Shown here piece after piece: positions 35,330-46,151 of a DNA stretch of 64,000 bases (position 1 is its first letter; the number at the start of each line of letters is the position of its first letter). The translations under genes and the position numbers were made by a program. The DNA is from Selaginella moellendorffii (taxonomy: Eukaryota; Plantae; Lycopodiophyta), in assembly GCF_000143415.4 (NCBI RefSeq), contig NW_003314304.1, positions 378,169 through 442,168 on the forward strand, written 5' to 3'. The notes under the pieces are model-generated. The model saw nothing but the letters and a program-made list of their open reading frames with translations, did not search any database and was not told where the DNA came from.

Positions 35330-36250
35330 GAAGTACTTTAGATGTACCTTTTATTTTTGGTCCAGGCATTGAAATCTTTGTGTGAGTAGGCCAAAAGCTT
35401 GCTTAATGACAATCCTTGCTATGTGATAGTGATCATTAAATGTTTTTTCACCCACCCAAATGTTTGCACTTACAAAAAACGATAAACATAAGATCTATGA
35501 ACCAAAACTTAGAAGTTTATTGAGATGAGGAATCATCAAATATAGCTAAAACTTGTACCCCTTGTCCCACATCACTCACTCATTGAAAGCCTAGGTAACT
35601 AGGCTTTGCAGTAGTTGGCCATTTACAATCTTTGCCCTCAATCTTTAATTCCTCTAAACTCGCATGTCATGGAGTTCTTACATCAAAATGCAATTCAAAA
35701 TGATAACCAAAAACCAAGTTTACTTGGTTAGCTAGTGTAGATGCTAAGAACCTCTTCCTCACATTGTAGATAGCTTGCACTATGATGTTGAAGTTTTGCT
35801 TCCTATCAAAGTAGTCCACACTATCGTTAGGTAAGGGTTGCACAATCTCAAAGTGTGTGCACTAGATGGCGCCTAAAACATTCAAGGGCTTGGTGTGTGT
35901 GATCCTCTAGAACTTAGTAGTGACCTCTGGGATCTCAACTGAATTTCCCAGGAACATGATCGTGTGACTAAGTATCCCAATTATAGCAATAGTTGTATTC
36001 ATAACTATCTCATATTCCCCAATGGCAAATTTGGAAGATAGCTCGTTATAGTAACTTGCAAAGTGTTAACCCCAGCCAAAAATCTACAAGAATAAATCTC
36101 CTCCACCATGTTTTCTTCTTCACAATCCTTGCATACAAAACCTGGCAGAGGAACTTGAAAGTTGGCTTCCTCATCTACATTTTCTTTTTCCACTAAGCCA
36201 AGTTGTAATAGTGCAATATGAATTCATCCCATTAGGTTGAACACCTAAGC
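35330..36250 (-). mobile_element. Degenerate PIF/Harbinger (DDE_Tnp_4) transposase remnant
   Basis: The minus strand reads NVLGAI*CTHFEIVQP...DYFDRKQNFNIIVQAI...RFLSIYTS*PS...LHDMRV*RN...WDKGY, matching the GAIDGTH / YxxRK / GWPGSxHD / GDxGY motifs. Confidence 0.78.
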
Positions 36251-36817
36251 TTTATCTACCAAATGCCCACTTTGCAATTGAAAGCTACACCTAGCTCAAT
36301 CACTAAAAGAAGAGCTTGACCTATAATATATTAAATTTTGTTCTCCACTCTAGGTGGTTCAATCTCCTCTATATTAGGTTGGAGGATCTCTATTTCCTCA
36401 AGCTAAATCATATCCATCTCCTTAGGCTAGAGTTCCTTTGGATCCTTTGGCTGGAATACCTAAAAAATGAGAAAATTTGTTAAAAATGTGGAAAAAAAAA
36501 GAAAAAGATATACATGGAGTCCAAAAGCCTAAAGCTAGCCAACACATACTCCTTGCTTAATAGGCCTTTCTCCCTTTCAATTTCCAAAAGTTGCTAATGG
36601 AAGCTAATGAGTTGCTCAATTCTCTGTCTCATCAACAAATTTCCCTTGTATAAGAGATTGATCATGAACTAATCACTCTTCCATTTTTTTTCTCGCCAAT
36701 TCTTTCATAAACCCCTTCACCACCACAAGAATCATCATCCTTGCCAATGTTGCAACTCTCAGCAACAATAGGTATAGCAACAATTTTGAAGTTAGTTGTA
36801 GCATACATGGCTTTAAT

Positions 36818-37390
36818 TATTTCAAGGCCTTGGGCCATTAAATGAATGGATAGAGCCAAACTCCCAAATATATAATTAAGGAGCGAAAAAACTGGAGCAT
36901 GGAATGACTCTTGAGCATACATAGAGTAAAGGAAAAAAGAAAAACAATTTTAAAACATTCAACATGGAATGAAATTTGATATTAGATATAAGTTAGATGT
37001 AGAATAAGGATAGATATACAAGTGGGAGTTAAACTATGCCTCAGATTGGTTGGCCATCCTAACTTACTCACTATCCTTATTATACATTTGGAACCAGACA
37101 TAGTAAGCTATCACGTAACAATATTGAGGGTCTAGAATTTAATACTATCACTAGCTAATGCAAGACATAATGAGATGAGAATATCTTACTAGACTTAGCT
37201 AATAACATGAAGGAATTCCATTTTTATGCTCGTCTAGTCTAAGTACACTCAAAATGCCTAATTAATTCCACCAATACAAGAAGGACTAATGAAGGTTTAA
37301 TAATATTAATCCTCTACTATCATGGCAGTAAGGAAAAAATATCAAAAAGGACTCACCAATATTTAACTTTCAATACCGGCAATTATATTA
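36818..37390 (-). mobile_element. Minus-strand fragment of the Copia-like LTR family
   Basis: The reverse complement aligns with 30505-30610 and with 18870-19170 / 21750-22060. Confidence 0.65.
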
Positions 37391-37933
37391 GAGATATAGC
37401 ATCATTATCCATAACATATAGAGGGTTTGTTGCAGCCTAAGGATATTCATGGCATTGTAAAGATCTTGCTCTATGAAGGACAACTTAAGCCACTACATTT
37501 CTCCTTGGAGAAGGTGAAGAAGTTAGCACTCCCACTCTTCTTTTGGTAATCATTTATATTCTTATAGGCATTAGAGATGTTTAGCCAATGCTGCCAATTT
37601 CCATCTCAATCCTTGAAACCATGATCTACCACCTTACCCCCATTTATGTTCCACCACTCTGCAACCATAACCTCTTTGTTATGGCCTATCAACTCTAGTT
37701 GCTCCATGGAAACTTAGCCATTGAGTTCCATAAGGAGCATAGTCTTCTTTTGTAACTAGTTCTTTCCCTAGCTGAATTTAACTTGTCTTTACTCATTTTC
37801 CTTGTTTATCTAGATCAAGTCATCCTCTTGATTGTTTTGTAAATTAATTAGAATGCAAATCTAGAGAAAAAGATTGAAGAAAGCTTATTAAGGTCTTAGG
37901 CTCCACTATTGTAGACATTGATGCTATAAGCAC

Positions 37934-38086
37934 CATGACATTGGCTTGAGAGGATGCTATACAACTCCCATAAGCTTCATTGGTCAATCCTATACTACTA
38001 CCAGATCTCATGCCATTGGCTTGAGAGGATGTTATGCAATTCCCATAAGCTTCATTGGTCAATCTTATACTACTATCAAATCTCAT
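37934..38086. repeat. 75-bp direct tandem duplication (2 copies)
   Basis: CATGxCATTGGCTTGAGAGGATG...AxATCT repeats at 37934 and 38009. Confidence 0.85.
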
Positions 38087-38502
38087 ATGTCCTGCCATAC
38101 TGCCCTAAAGAATATGCCAATAGAATTTTAGCTATGACAATGTTTTAAAAGTTAAAGATGGGAAGGGGCACCTTTAGCTTTTGAATTTGATATCCTAAAT
38201 TTCAGTTAAGTATTACCTCAAAATAGTACTAAGTGTGAATCAGCATTATTCTAGTGAAAATAACTTAAATTTAAGTTAAGACATTTGTCCTAACTTTAGG
38301 ACTAAGTACAAAGTAAAAAAAGTCCAGGATAAAGAGCATGTATGAATTGGCTCAATCTCGTCTAGAATATAGCTAACCTAACTTATCACTTAGTTTGTTT
38401 GAGCACTAACATAGTTGCTAACTAACTAAATGAATGAATGTTAATAACACAAAGGTATGACTAAATTATCAATACCATTATTATCAAAACTAGTGAAATA
38501 AA

Positions 38503-38583
38503 TACATACATAGATATACATACATAGATATATATATACATACATACATACATATATATATATATACATATATGTATATATAT
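38503..38583. repeat. Mixed (TACA)/(TA) microsatellite
   Basis: Directly visible. Confidence 0.85.
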
Positions 38584-39160
38584 CAATCTGATTTAATCAT
38601 GGCTAGAAAGAGTTAATTTATGAGCTAGATATGATTCAATCAACAATTTAAGGATAATAGTGAAAATTTTAAATTGATTTTGATCCATTTAGAGAGGAAA
38701 TGATACACATTTTGATGTAAAGAGAAGGTTGTTCATAGAAATTCTATGCTTCTCTTATTGATAATGACTTATCTTGCTCAATCAAGATATTTATGAATGA
38801 GTATTTATGTGGTAGGACAAAACATTTAGGAAATAACAAAGTATTGATGAATTGGACAATTATTTTAAAGAACAAGTGATTTAAAGAACAAGTGAGCGAT
38901 GAACAAAATATACATGATAGCTGAAATGCATTATAAGCATCCTGTTTTTATATCCTATTACAAAATTTGAAGAGGAAATGAGGAAATGCTACAATGGAAA
39001 TTTATAAAAATTATGATGTAACTTATGTGAAGTTACTTGTGTATGGAAATTTGCTTGGTTCAATTAATCTAGATAAAGGCTGATGAAAAGTTTGATTTCA
39101 AAAGGTTATTTCTTTTATATGGTGTTTTCTTTATTAATTTTATGCATTATAGATTTTTTA

Positions 39161-40188
39161 TCTGCTCGAACAGCAGTGGCCAACAGAGGACGGGCGACGG
39201 CCTCCACGGTAGAATTCCAGCCGCAGTGAGAAAGAAAAGCTCCAACCGCTACTTTCCTCTGAGGCGACCACGGGACGACCATTCCTTGATCCGTGCTTGG
39301 GAATCGGACCTTGGAGATCTCTGGCTGCTCGAGTCGGATCACCCACAGGAATTTCTTGCTGCTGGCTTCCAGTCCTCGCACGATTTCTTCCATCTGGTCG
39401 CCAGTCATGGCCGCAAAGCTCCCGAAAGAGATGTCGAGCTCGTCGAGCCATTTGAGACAATCGGTATCGCATACGCCAAATCTGACAGTGTGTGGCTCGT
39501 CGTTGAGAGGACCGACTGGTAGGTGTTCACGATGGCGAGATCGGCAGCCATGAGAGCTTGGCTGTTGATCCTGGTAAGCTTTGTCGTTGCGCCAGGGTAT
39601 CTCCGACCTTTGCACTTCAGGATCTGAGAGGATCACATCGTCAGCTAGCTCGCCCATAAGCAAAGAACAGGCAAGAAAAGAAAGGCTAGCTCGTTCTCTT
39701 GGAGCTTACCTGGTTGCGATGGCACCATTCCAGCAGCAGCAAGGCGAGCGATACTAAGCTCACACCAAGTGACAGTGGCGGATGCTGGAATGAGTTACCC
39801 CGAGAACTCCCAGCTTCGCAGCCAGCTTTGGACACCAGTCGAAGAGATAGTCCGAGATGATGCAGCACACCTCGTCCGGGATGGCTCGGACGAGCTCCTC
39901 CATCAAGGCCAGGTAAGTTTGAGCGTACCGCAAGCTTTGCGTCATGTCCGCTCGGTTCTCTGATGTTGCCTCGGCAGGGAATGGGTCTGTGGAGGTGAGC
40001 TCCTTGACGCTGATGTTCGTGGTGCCTGGAGGCGGCCAAGTTCCTTTGTTCTTGATGAAGCTGTAACAATCGAATGGGCCGATTGTCATGGCTGCCAAGG
40101 TGATCGAGAAGCCTTGCTGGGCGAGAAAGATGGAGAGATGCATCATGGGAGAGACATGGCCTTCGAGCGCAACGATGTGTTTGGCCAT
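39161..40188 (-). pseudogene. Pseudogene copy of the UGT at 10525-11936; promoter homology extends to ~40349
   Basis: Near-identical to the intact UGT, including the intron, but 3'-truncated, with frameshifts and about a dozen short deletions, some inside the PSPG box. Confidence 0.93.
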
Positions 40189-40394
40189 TGCGAGTAAACT
40201 ATTTCTTTCTGGTTTATATTTAGAGCTGGCACTTGGATCATTTAGACGCAATGAGGATCCGGCCATTTTCTCTTGGATGGGATCGCATGTTTTTGTGATT
40301 TATACACTAGCAAAGCATCAACAATGGTAAAATTAATAAACTTTATCATAAATATGTTTTAGCATAACATTAAAATCTATAGCTGACAAAGCAG

Positions 40395-40703
40395 AAGAGA
40401 AGATCTTCCCGCCTCATCTCTCCCTGTCAGCAGCGAGCCCTGGTTGTCGGATTCCACCTGCTTGATCTTCCTCCATCTTCGGACCCTGACTCCTGACTGC
40501 TCGATTGGATCCAGCGAGCCTGGCTCGAAGTTAAAGATCTCTGGTCGGCGGAGAGAGGCCTCCAACTACTACCGGACTGCTGCTATACAGCGCTCGGATC
40601 GTCCCAAGGATGAACTTGAGATCCCGGTTATCCAAGAAACATGACCATCAAGAGCACGCTTACTTGTGATCGCTGCTAGAGAGCTTGTCATCGTCCACGA
40701 CAT
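40395..40703 (-). pseudogene. Heavily deleted pseudogene copy of GT34 4857-6077; promoter homology (6078-6386) extends to ~40996
   Basis: About 950 bp of the parent (5130-6077) is compressed to about 310 bp by multiple deletions; retained blocks are nearly identical. Confidence 0.9.
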
Positions 40704-41097
40704 TGTTTTTCTTCCTCTTACTGTGCGTGCTCGAATAACTCTTTTAAACGGGTGGAGCGCTGGTTATATCGCTTCAGCTGAAAACGCGCTGGCCAGAAGA
40801 ATTAAAATGGTGATGGACAATTTGTCCTGCTCCAGATCTTCTTACAGCGATTAAACTGGCCTAGGAGAAAAATCGAAAGAGAAGAGCGTATCACCTATGT
40901 GAAGTATCTATGGTTTCTGGAAAACAAAAAACCACCAAGGGCGGATTGCGTACAAATATTGGATCCTGCTCCATACATAGAAACTAAAACCATTAAGGAT
41001 CTAATAGCATACCAAAAATTCTCACAAGGTGCGTCCAGCTACAAGCGTTGGGAGTTTGGCAGCAAGGTGGAGAACTTAAACACAAAGGGAAGGCTTT

Positions 41098-41812
41098 CTA
41101 TCTCCTCACGGGCATGGCTCGGCCACCAGGGACTGGCTGCGGCACGCCTCGACCAGCAGCTCTTGCCTGCTAAAACACACTTCGTTAGAAACTAAACGAT
41201 AGAACAAAAGAGAGAACAAGAAGGAAAACAAAAGAGAGAAGTCGAAAAACATTACCTTTGCCCGCATGGATACCGCTCGTCCTCTTCCAACTCCAATTCC
41301 AGCAGAGCCCTTCCCCTACAGAAAGGAATGTTAAAGAAAGAAAATTAATCTAGCACCTGGAAAGAAAAAAGAAGAAGAGAGGATCATCGTACCTTGATCT
41401 TAGCTTCCAATCGTTTGAACATCGGAGCGTTTTTCAACATGTCAGGAATGATCATGAACCTGAAAGAAAAGAAAGAAAAAATCACAACTTTGTTCCAATC
41501 TCTAAACATTTTACTTTCGCAATACCTGACTTTGCTGCCGCGAACGAAGACATGCTCGAGCTGCGAAACCTTCCCATCCTAGAGAACGAGGAAAACACGA
41601 GAAACCAAAGTAAGCACGAGAAACCGAGAGAGAAACTAGGAATTGGGGCAAACCTTGGCAGTGTAAGTGATATTCTCGAGCTGGCAGTTCCAGTTATCCT
41701 CGCACTCGATCAGCGTACCCCTGTAGAGCTCGCCGCTCTTGAGCTCCACCGTGACGACGTGACCTTCCGCCTCGTGGAGGAGCTTCACTGGAATCCCCAA
41801 GCTCTTGCTCAT
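41098..41812 (-). CDS. SmD3: Small nuclear ribonucleoprotein Sm D3; exons 41812-41654, 41578-41526, 41459-41393, 41315-41256, ~41166-41098
   Basis: [32 protein letters not shown]...[11 protein letters not shown]...[34 protein letters not shown]...GRGRA, all with GT-AG introns. The last acceptor is a NAGNAG (TAGCAG). Confidence 0.96.
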
Positions 41813-42144
41813 GGCGCCCAAAGAAGCAAGAAACCCTAGAAATCTGCCCTAGGGCTTTAGCTCTTGCCAAAAGAAATAATATTCCCGCTTTAGGCGACTA
41901 AGTTACAGGGCCCCGACCGTTGGATTGTTTGAACCGCGTTGTTCTTGAGGATCCGACGGCCAGGGTTGGCTAGGTCTTTCTCGAACGCGGGGATAGTGTT
42001 TGTGGTGCTGGGGACGAGATCGATCGATCGATCGTGTCGCGGGAGGTGGAGATTGCGAATGCGAGTTTAGGTCTCGTACCTGGGAGCGCGAGGAGGCTGT
42101 GCGCCGCGGTATGTAGGTTTTGGATCAGCTGTGGGGAGGAAATC
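41813..42144. promoter_or_regulatory. Compact bidirectional promoter between SmD3 and PP2C
   Basis: Head-to-head ATGs about 330 bp apart. Contains telo-box AAACCCTA, site II-like GGGCCC and MSA-like GACCGTTGGA. Confidence 0.55.
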
Positions 42145-43406
42145 ATGCGTTGCTTGACGGAAGCGTTTCTATCTAGCGATTCTCGGCCGCCGGTCAGTGG
42201 CAGCGGGCTAAGGTTGGAGTTTGTGTCGGTGAATTTGGGGCTAAGAGGTGTTTGTTTGCTCTTTGGCAGCGAAGATGAGCGATTCAGCTATGGCTACTCG
42301 AGCCTTTGCGGGAAGAGGATGTCCATGGAAGATTTCTACGATGCTAGAATTTCCAAGATAGATGATACTGTGGTGGGTTTGTTTGGAGTTTTCGACGGTG
42401 AGGCTTTCCTAGTTTCTCTTCTACCAGGATTCATCGAGAATTGCCTTGGTTCTTGCAGGACACGGTGGTTCTGAGGCTGCCGAGTATGTGAAGAAAAACC
42501 TCTTTGACAACCTCACAAGACATCCTCACTTTGTGAGCAACACGAAGCTTGCTATTGGTCAGTGGATCTTCGTGCAAACGCTTGATTGGTTGATTGAACA
42601 GTCTTCTTCTTTGTTTTTTTCCTTCTTTCCAGAGGAGGCCTATAGAAAAACCGATGCGGACTACTTGCACAATGGCCCCGATCAGTGTGGCTCCACGGCT
42701 TCCACAGCGATCTTGGTTGGAGATCGCTTGCTTGTGGCCAACCTGGGCGATTCACGAGCGGTGCTGTGCAAGGCTGGTGAAGGTACGTTTTATGGTTTTT
42801 ATTATTTGGTGTGATGGTTTTCACGTGTGCTACTCTTTCCAGCCGTTCCCTTATCCAACGATCACAAGCCGGATCGATCGGACGAGCGCCAAAGAATAGA
42901 AAACGCTGGAGGATATGTCTTGTATTTGGGTATGCACGCAAACGTACTCTTTGGCTCGGATTGACGATGTCTTGTGCGTTTGTCTAGGAACCTGGAGAGT
43001 TGGAGGCGTGCTGGCCGTGTCTAGAGCCTTTGGAGACAGCTCGTTGAAGAAATTCGTCCTCGCGGATCCAGAGATCCAGGTTTGCTGCTAGTTTTTTGCG
43101 ACGGTCTTTCGTAGCTCACCACGGGACACTGACAGGAAGAGAGGATAACGGAAGACGTCGAGTTTTTACTCCTCGCGAGCGATGGTTTGTGGGATGTTTT
43201 GACAAACCAGGTAAGCTTCGTGATTTGATCTCAAAGGCAGTGAATTCACTTGTTCTTGGCAGGACGCTGTGTCGATGGTCCAATCCATACTGGATCCGGA
43301 GGAAGCAGCCAAGAGATTAACGAGCGAGGCGTATGGCAAAGGAAGCGCTGACAACATAACTTGCGTCGTTGTGAGGTTCCTCCACAAGAACTCGAAGTGT
43401 GAATAG
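42145..43406 (+). CDS. Protein phosphatase 2C (clade F, WIN2/PP2C59-like), 8 exons
   Basis: [84 protein letters not shown] and [11 protein letters not shown] motifs across GT-AG introns. Confidence 0.93.
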
Positions 43407-43690
43407 AGGGTATTGTTATAATTCTTGCTAACCGGTGTTTAACGTGTTAATAAGCATAAAATATTATAATGTGAAAGAAAGAACTTTGATCGATCTAAAT
43501 GAAGTACCGCGACAATGGCTACAAGCCATGATATCGATTGATGTCAACGTAAAACCTCTCATCACATACGAATCCTATGAGCAACCAATCGATTGATCCA
43601 ATATATCTCATCGACTCGATCGAGCTTGTCACAATCCATTGCTTCTTGTATAATTGATCCATTGGATTCACTCACCGGTGAGCGAATCCA

Positions 43691-45010
43691 TCAAGTTTGC
43701 TCGTCGCTGCTCTTGGCAGCAGCCACGATCTCGTGCGTCGCGAGGCTGGGATGGACATATCCAATCCCCTGCAAGATCTGGTTATCCGCGAAGAACAGCG
43801 CGCGATCCATTTGCCTCCTACACTCTTCCGGAGTGTAGACATTGTTGATCTTGCCGCTGCAAATCTGGCATCCCGTGAAGTGCGTGACAAAGGGCCAGCG
43901 ATCGTCCCCAAATCCCGGGTGGCTGTTCTTCGCAAACTCCTCGTATCTCTCCACTAGATCCTTCCAGTAGCCATTCAAGTAGTAAGCGTTCTCGAGGTAG
44001 ACGCGCGAGCCCCACGCCGCACGATCGGCATTGAGCAAGTAAATAAACGCGCCTTGGTCGTCCGATTCGAAATCTTCCGGGCGGCCGGAAAGAGCCAGCG
44101 TGAGGACCTTGCCGATTCTATCGGCCACGATCCCCCGGAATCCCATGGGCGCCCACGTGTCCAGCAGATCCATCGTCCACTGGCAGTTCCTCACGAGGAA
44201 GATTCCCATGTTGAGCCCCGTCCACTTCCTCTCGCCGTAGATGAGATGATCCCAGCCATGGAGCACGAAGTTGTGATCCTTGTAGCGATCCAGAGGGATG
44301 GAGAAGGCCATGTCGGTGAAAACGGCGTCGCTGTCCATCCACCAGAACCACTCCACGTCCGGGCGCGCGATCATCCAGGATCGCAGCAGCGGGAGCTTGA
44401 CCCACCAGCTGGGGAGATCGGACGAGAAAGTGGCGGCGTTGTAGAACAACTCGATGCCGTGGAGGCGGCAGTAGTCGATCTTGTTCTTGGTGGATCGCAG
44501 GAGCATGTAATCGCCCAGAGTGTTGAGGCATGGATGGGGCTGGGAGCCAGTGACGAGCAAGAGCTTGGAGGGATCGCGATCTTGGTTGTGGTCGGCAAAC
44601 CAGCGCGATCGCTGCTCGTCCCAGTCGGTGATTCGAGGTCCCAATGCGAAGGACGTGTTGAGCAGGGGATCGATCGCGAGGGACTTGTTGAGGAGGAATT
44701 CGAGGTCTGTGCGCTCGGGCATGTACTGCGTGGCGTGCGAGTAAGAAGAAGAAGAAGAAGAGCTCTTGGAGCTTTTGGAGGAAGAGGGAGATTTAAAGGA
44801 GAGTGGGTGCCTGGATGCGTCGCCACTAGCGGCAGCAGCGAATTGGTGGTGGGCTTCTTCCTCCTCGGATTCCACCGGGGAATTGGACGCGTATGGCGCC
44901 AGCACGAAGCTCCAGATGAGGAATCCTGTGAGAATGGCGCCGATTGTCATGGGGATGTTGTCGGAGATCACTTTGATCGCGGGCCTGGTGCTGGATTTGG
45001 AAGGCTTCAT
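43691..45010 (-). CDS. Second GT34 glycosyltransferase (galactomannan galactosyltransferase/XXT-like), intronless, 439 aa
   Basis: Transmembrane helix; LGPRITDWD, KNKIDYCRLHG, WMDSDAVFTDM, ESDDQ and RWPFVTHFTGCQICSG. Confidence 0.93.
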   Translation of the reverse strand: MKPSKSSTRPAIKVISDNIPMTIGAILTGFLIWSFVLAPYASNSPVESEEEEAHHQFAAAASGDASRHPLSFKSPSSSKSSKSSSSSSSYSHATQYMPERTDLEFLLNKSLAIDPLLNTSFALGPRITDWDEQRSRWFADHNQDRDPSKLLLVTGSQPHPCLNTLGDYMLLRSTKNKIDYCRLHGIELFYNAATFSSDLPSWWVKLPLLRSWMIARPDVEWFWWMDSDAVFTDMAFSIPLDRYKDHNFVLHGWDHLIYGERKWTGLNMGIFLVRNCQWTMDLLDTWAPMGFRGIVADRIGKVLTLALSGRPEDFESDDQGAFIYLLNADRAAWGSRVYLENAYYLNGYWKDLVERYEEFAKNSHPGFGDDRWPFVTHFTGCQICSGKINNVYTPEECRRQMDRALFFADNQILQGIGYVHPSLATHEIVAAAKSSDEQT

Positions 45011-46151
45011 CGCAAGCGAGGCGCGAGGCTCGAATCAATTCAGCGATCGATTGATTGGTAGAAACAAGAATGAATTGACAAGAGCAAGAGAACAATCGCT
45101 CATGAATGGAAGAGATAGAGCCAATTCGTAAAGATTGGAGAAGAAATCGACCAATCAGTGATAAAAACGACTCTACCCGCGAGAAGGAATCGATGCTGAC
45201 GGAAGAAGAAATAGAAGGAAGCAATGATAGAAAGAAAGAAGAGATTGGAAGAAGAGAAGACTAGGACAAGATCCCTGAGATTACCCACATTGGAAAAGTT
45301 GGCCTTTTGTGCTCGCAAGAGCACCAGAGTATTTCCCCACATCCGGCTACCCGCCTGGGGCCGTCCGATAAGCCCACGGATCCAACGGCGGAGGAAGCCG
45401 TACGGCAGAGCGCCGCGGTTCAAGTGTGTCAGTCGGCCGCTGGCTTCGATGTGTAAGCTGCAACAACACAAAAGATTGGCGTCAATCAGGAAAAACCAAA
45501 GCAGCGGGTGAAAAATTGCTATCTTGCCTGGAGTCACGTTGCCATTTTTCTCGCCTTTTCTTTGTTCTCGCGCGCGCTCGCAGCCATTGTATATTTCACG
45601 GTTGTTGACGCTTTCTAACAGCCAATGCAGCTTCCACAGGAGATTTGTGTCGGTCGCCTCTCAATCATCTTAGAGTAATCCAGACGTCGCAATCCTGGCT
45701 ACTATAGCGTGAGCGAGCGAATCCCATGCAGAAAAGGAAGAAAACAACAGCTTTGCTTACTTGGAAGAGGCATCCAGCTGCTGGACAGCCTTTGGCGACG
45801 AGATTTTAATCCGCAGGGTGCTTGGACCACGGTGAAAACTGGAAACTTGGCGCAGCATCTTTGATCTCCCTCGAGAGAAGCGCTGTGGAGCGATTCTCGG
45901 TACGTATCTGGCTCCAAGTTTAGAGCGAAAGATAAGATTTTCCAGGACGGAGTGGATGGGAGAGCCTGCGTCGAACAAAAATTCTCGTTGCCAACTAGCA
46001 AAGCACATGTAGCATCTCAGCTTTCCAGTTCAAGCGTGATTCCATTGTGTCAGTTTTCCTGAGAGAAAACACAGCTCTATGTTAGCTACCAAAACAAAAA
46101 CTAGAATAAAACGAAAGGAACACATTTTTTACGCTTTAGTCCTGTCCTGTG

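Noticed and set aside
41340-41365. AG|GT site inside SmD3 intron 3 as a recursive or alternative splice site
   Set aside because: It would leave sub-introns of about 36-40 nt, shorter than the other introns here; there is no transcript evidence.
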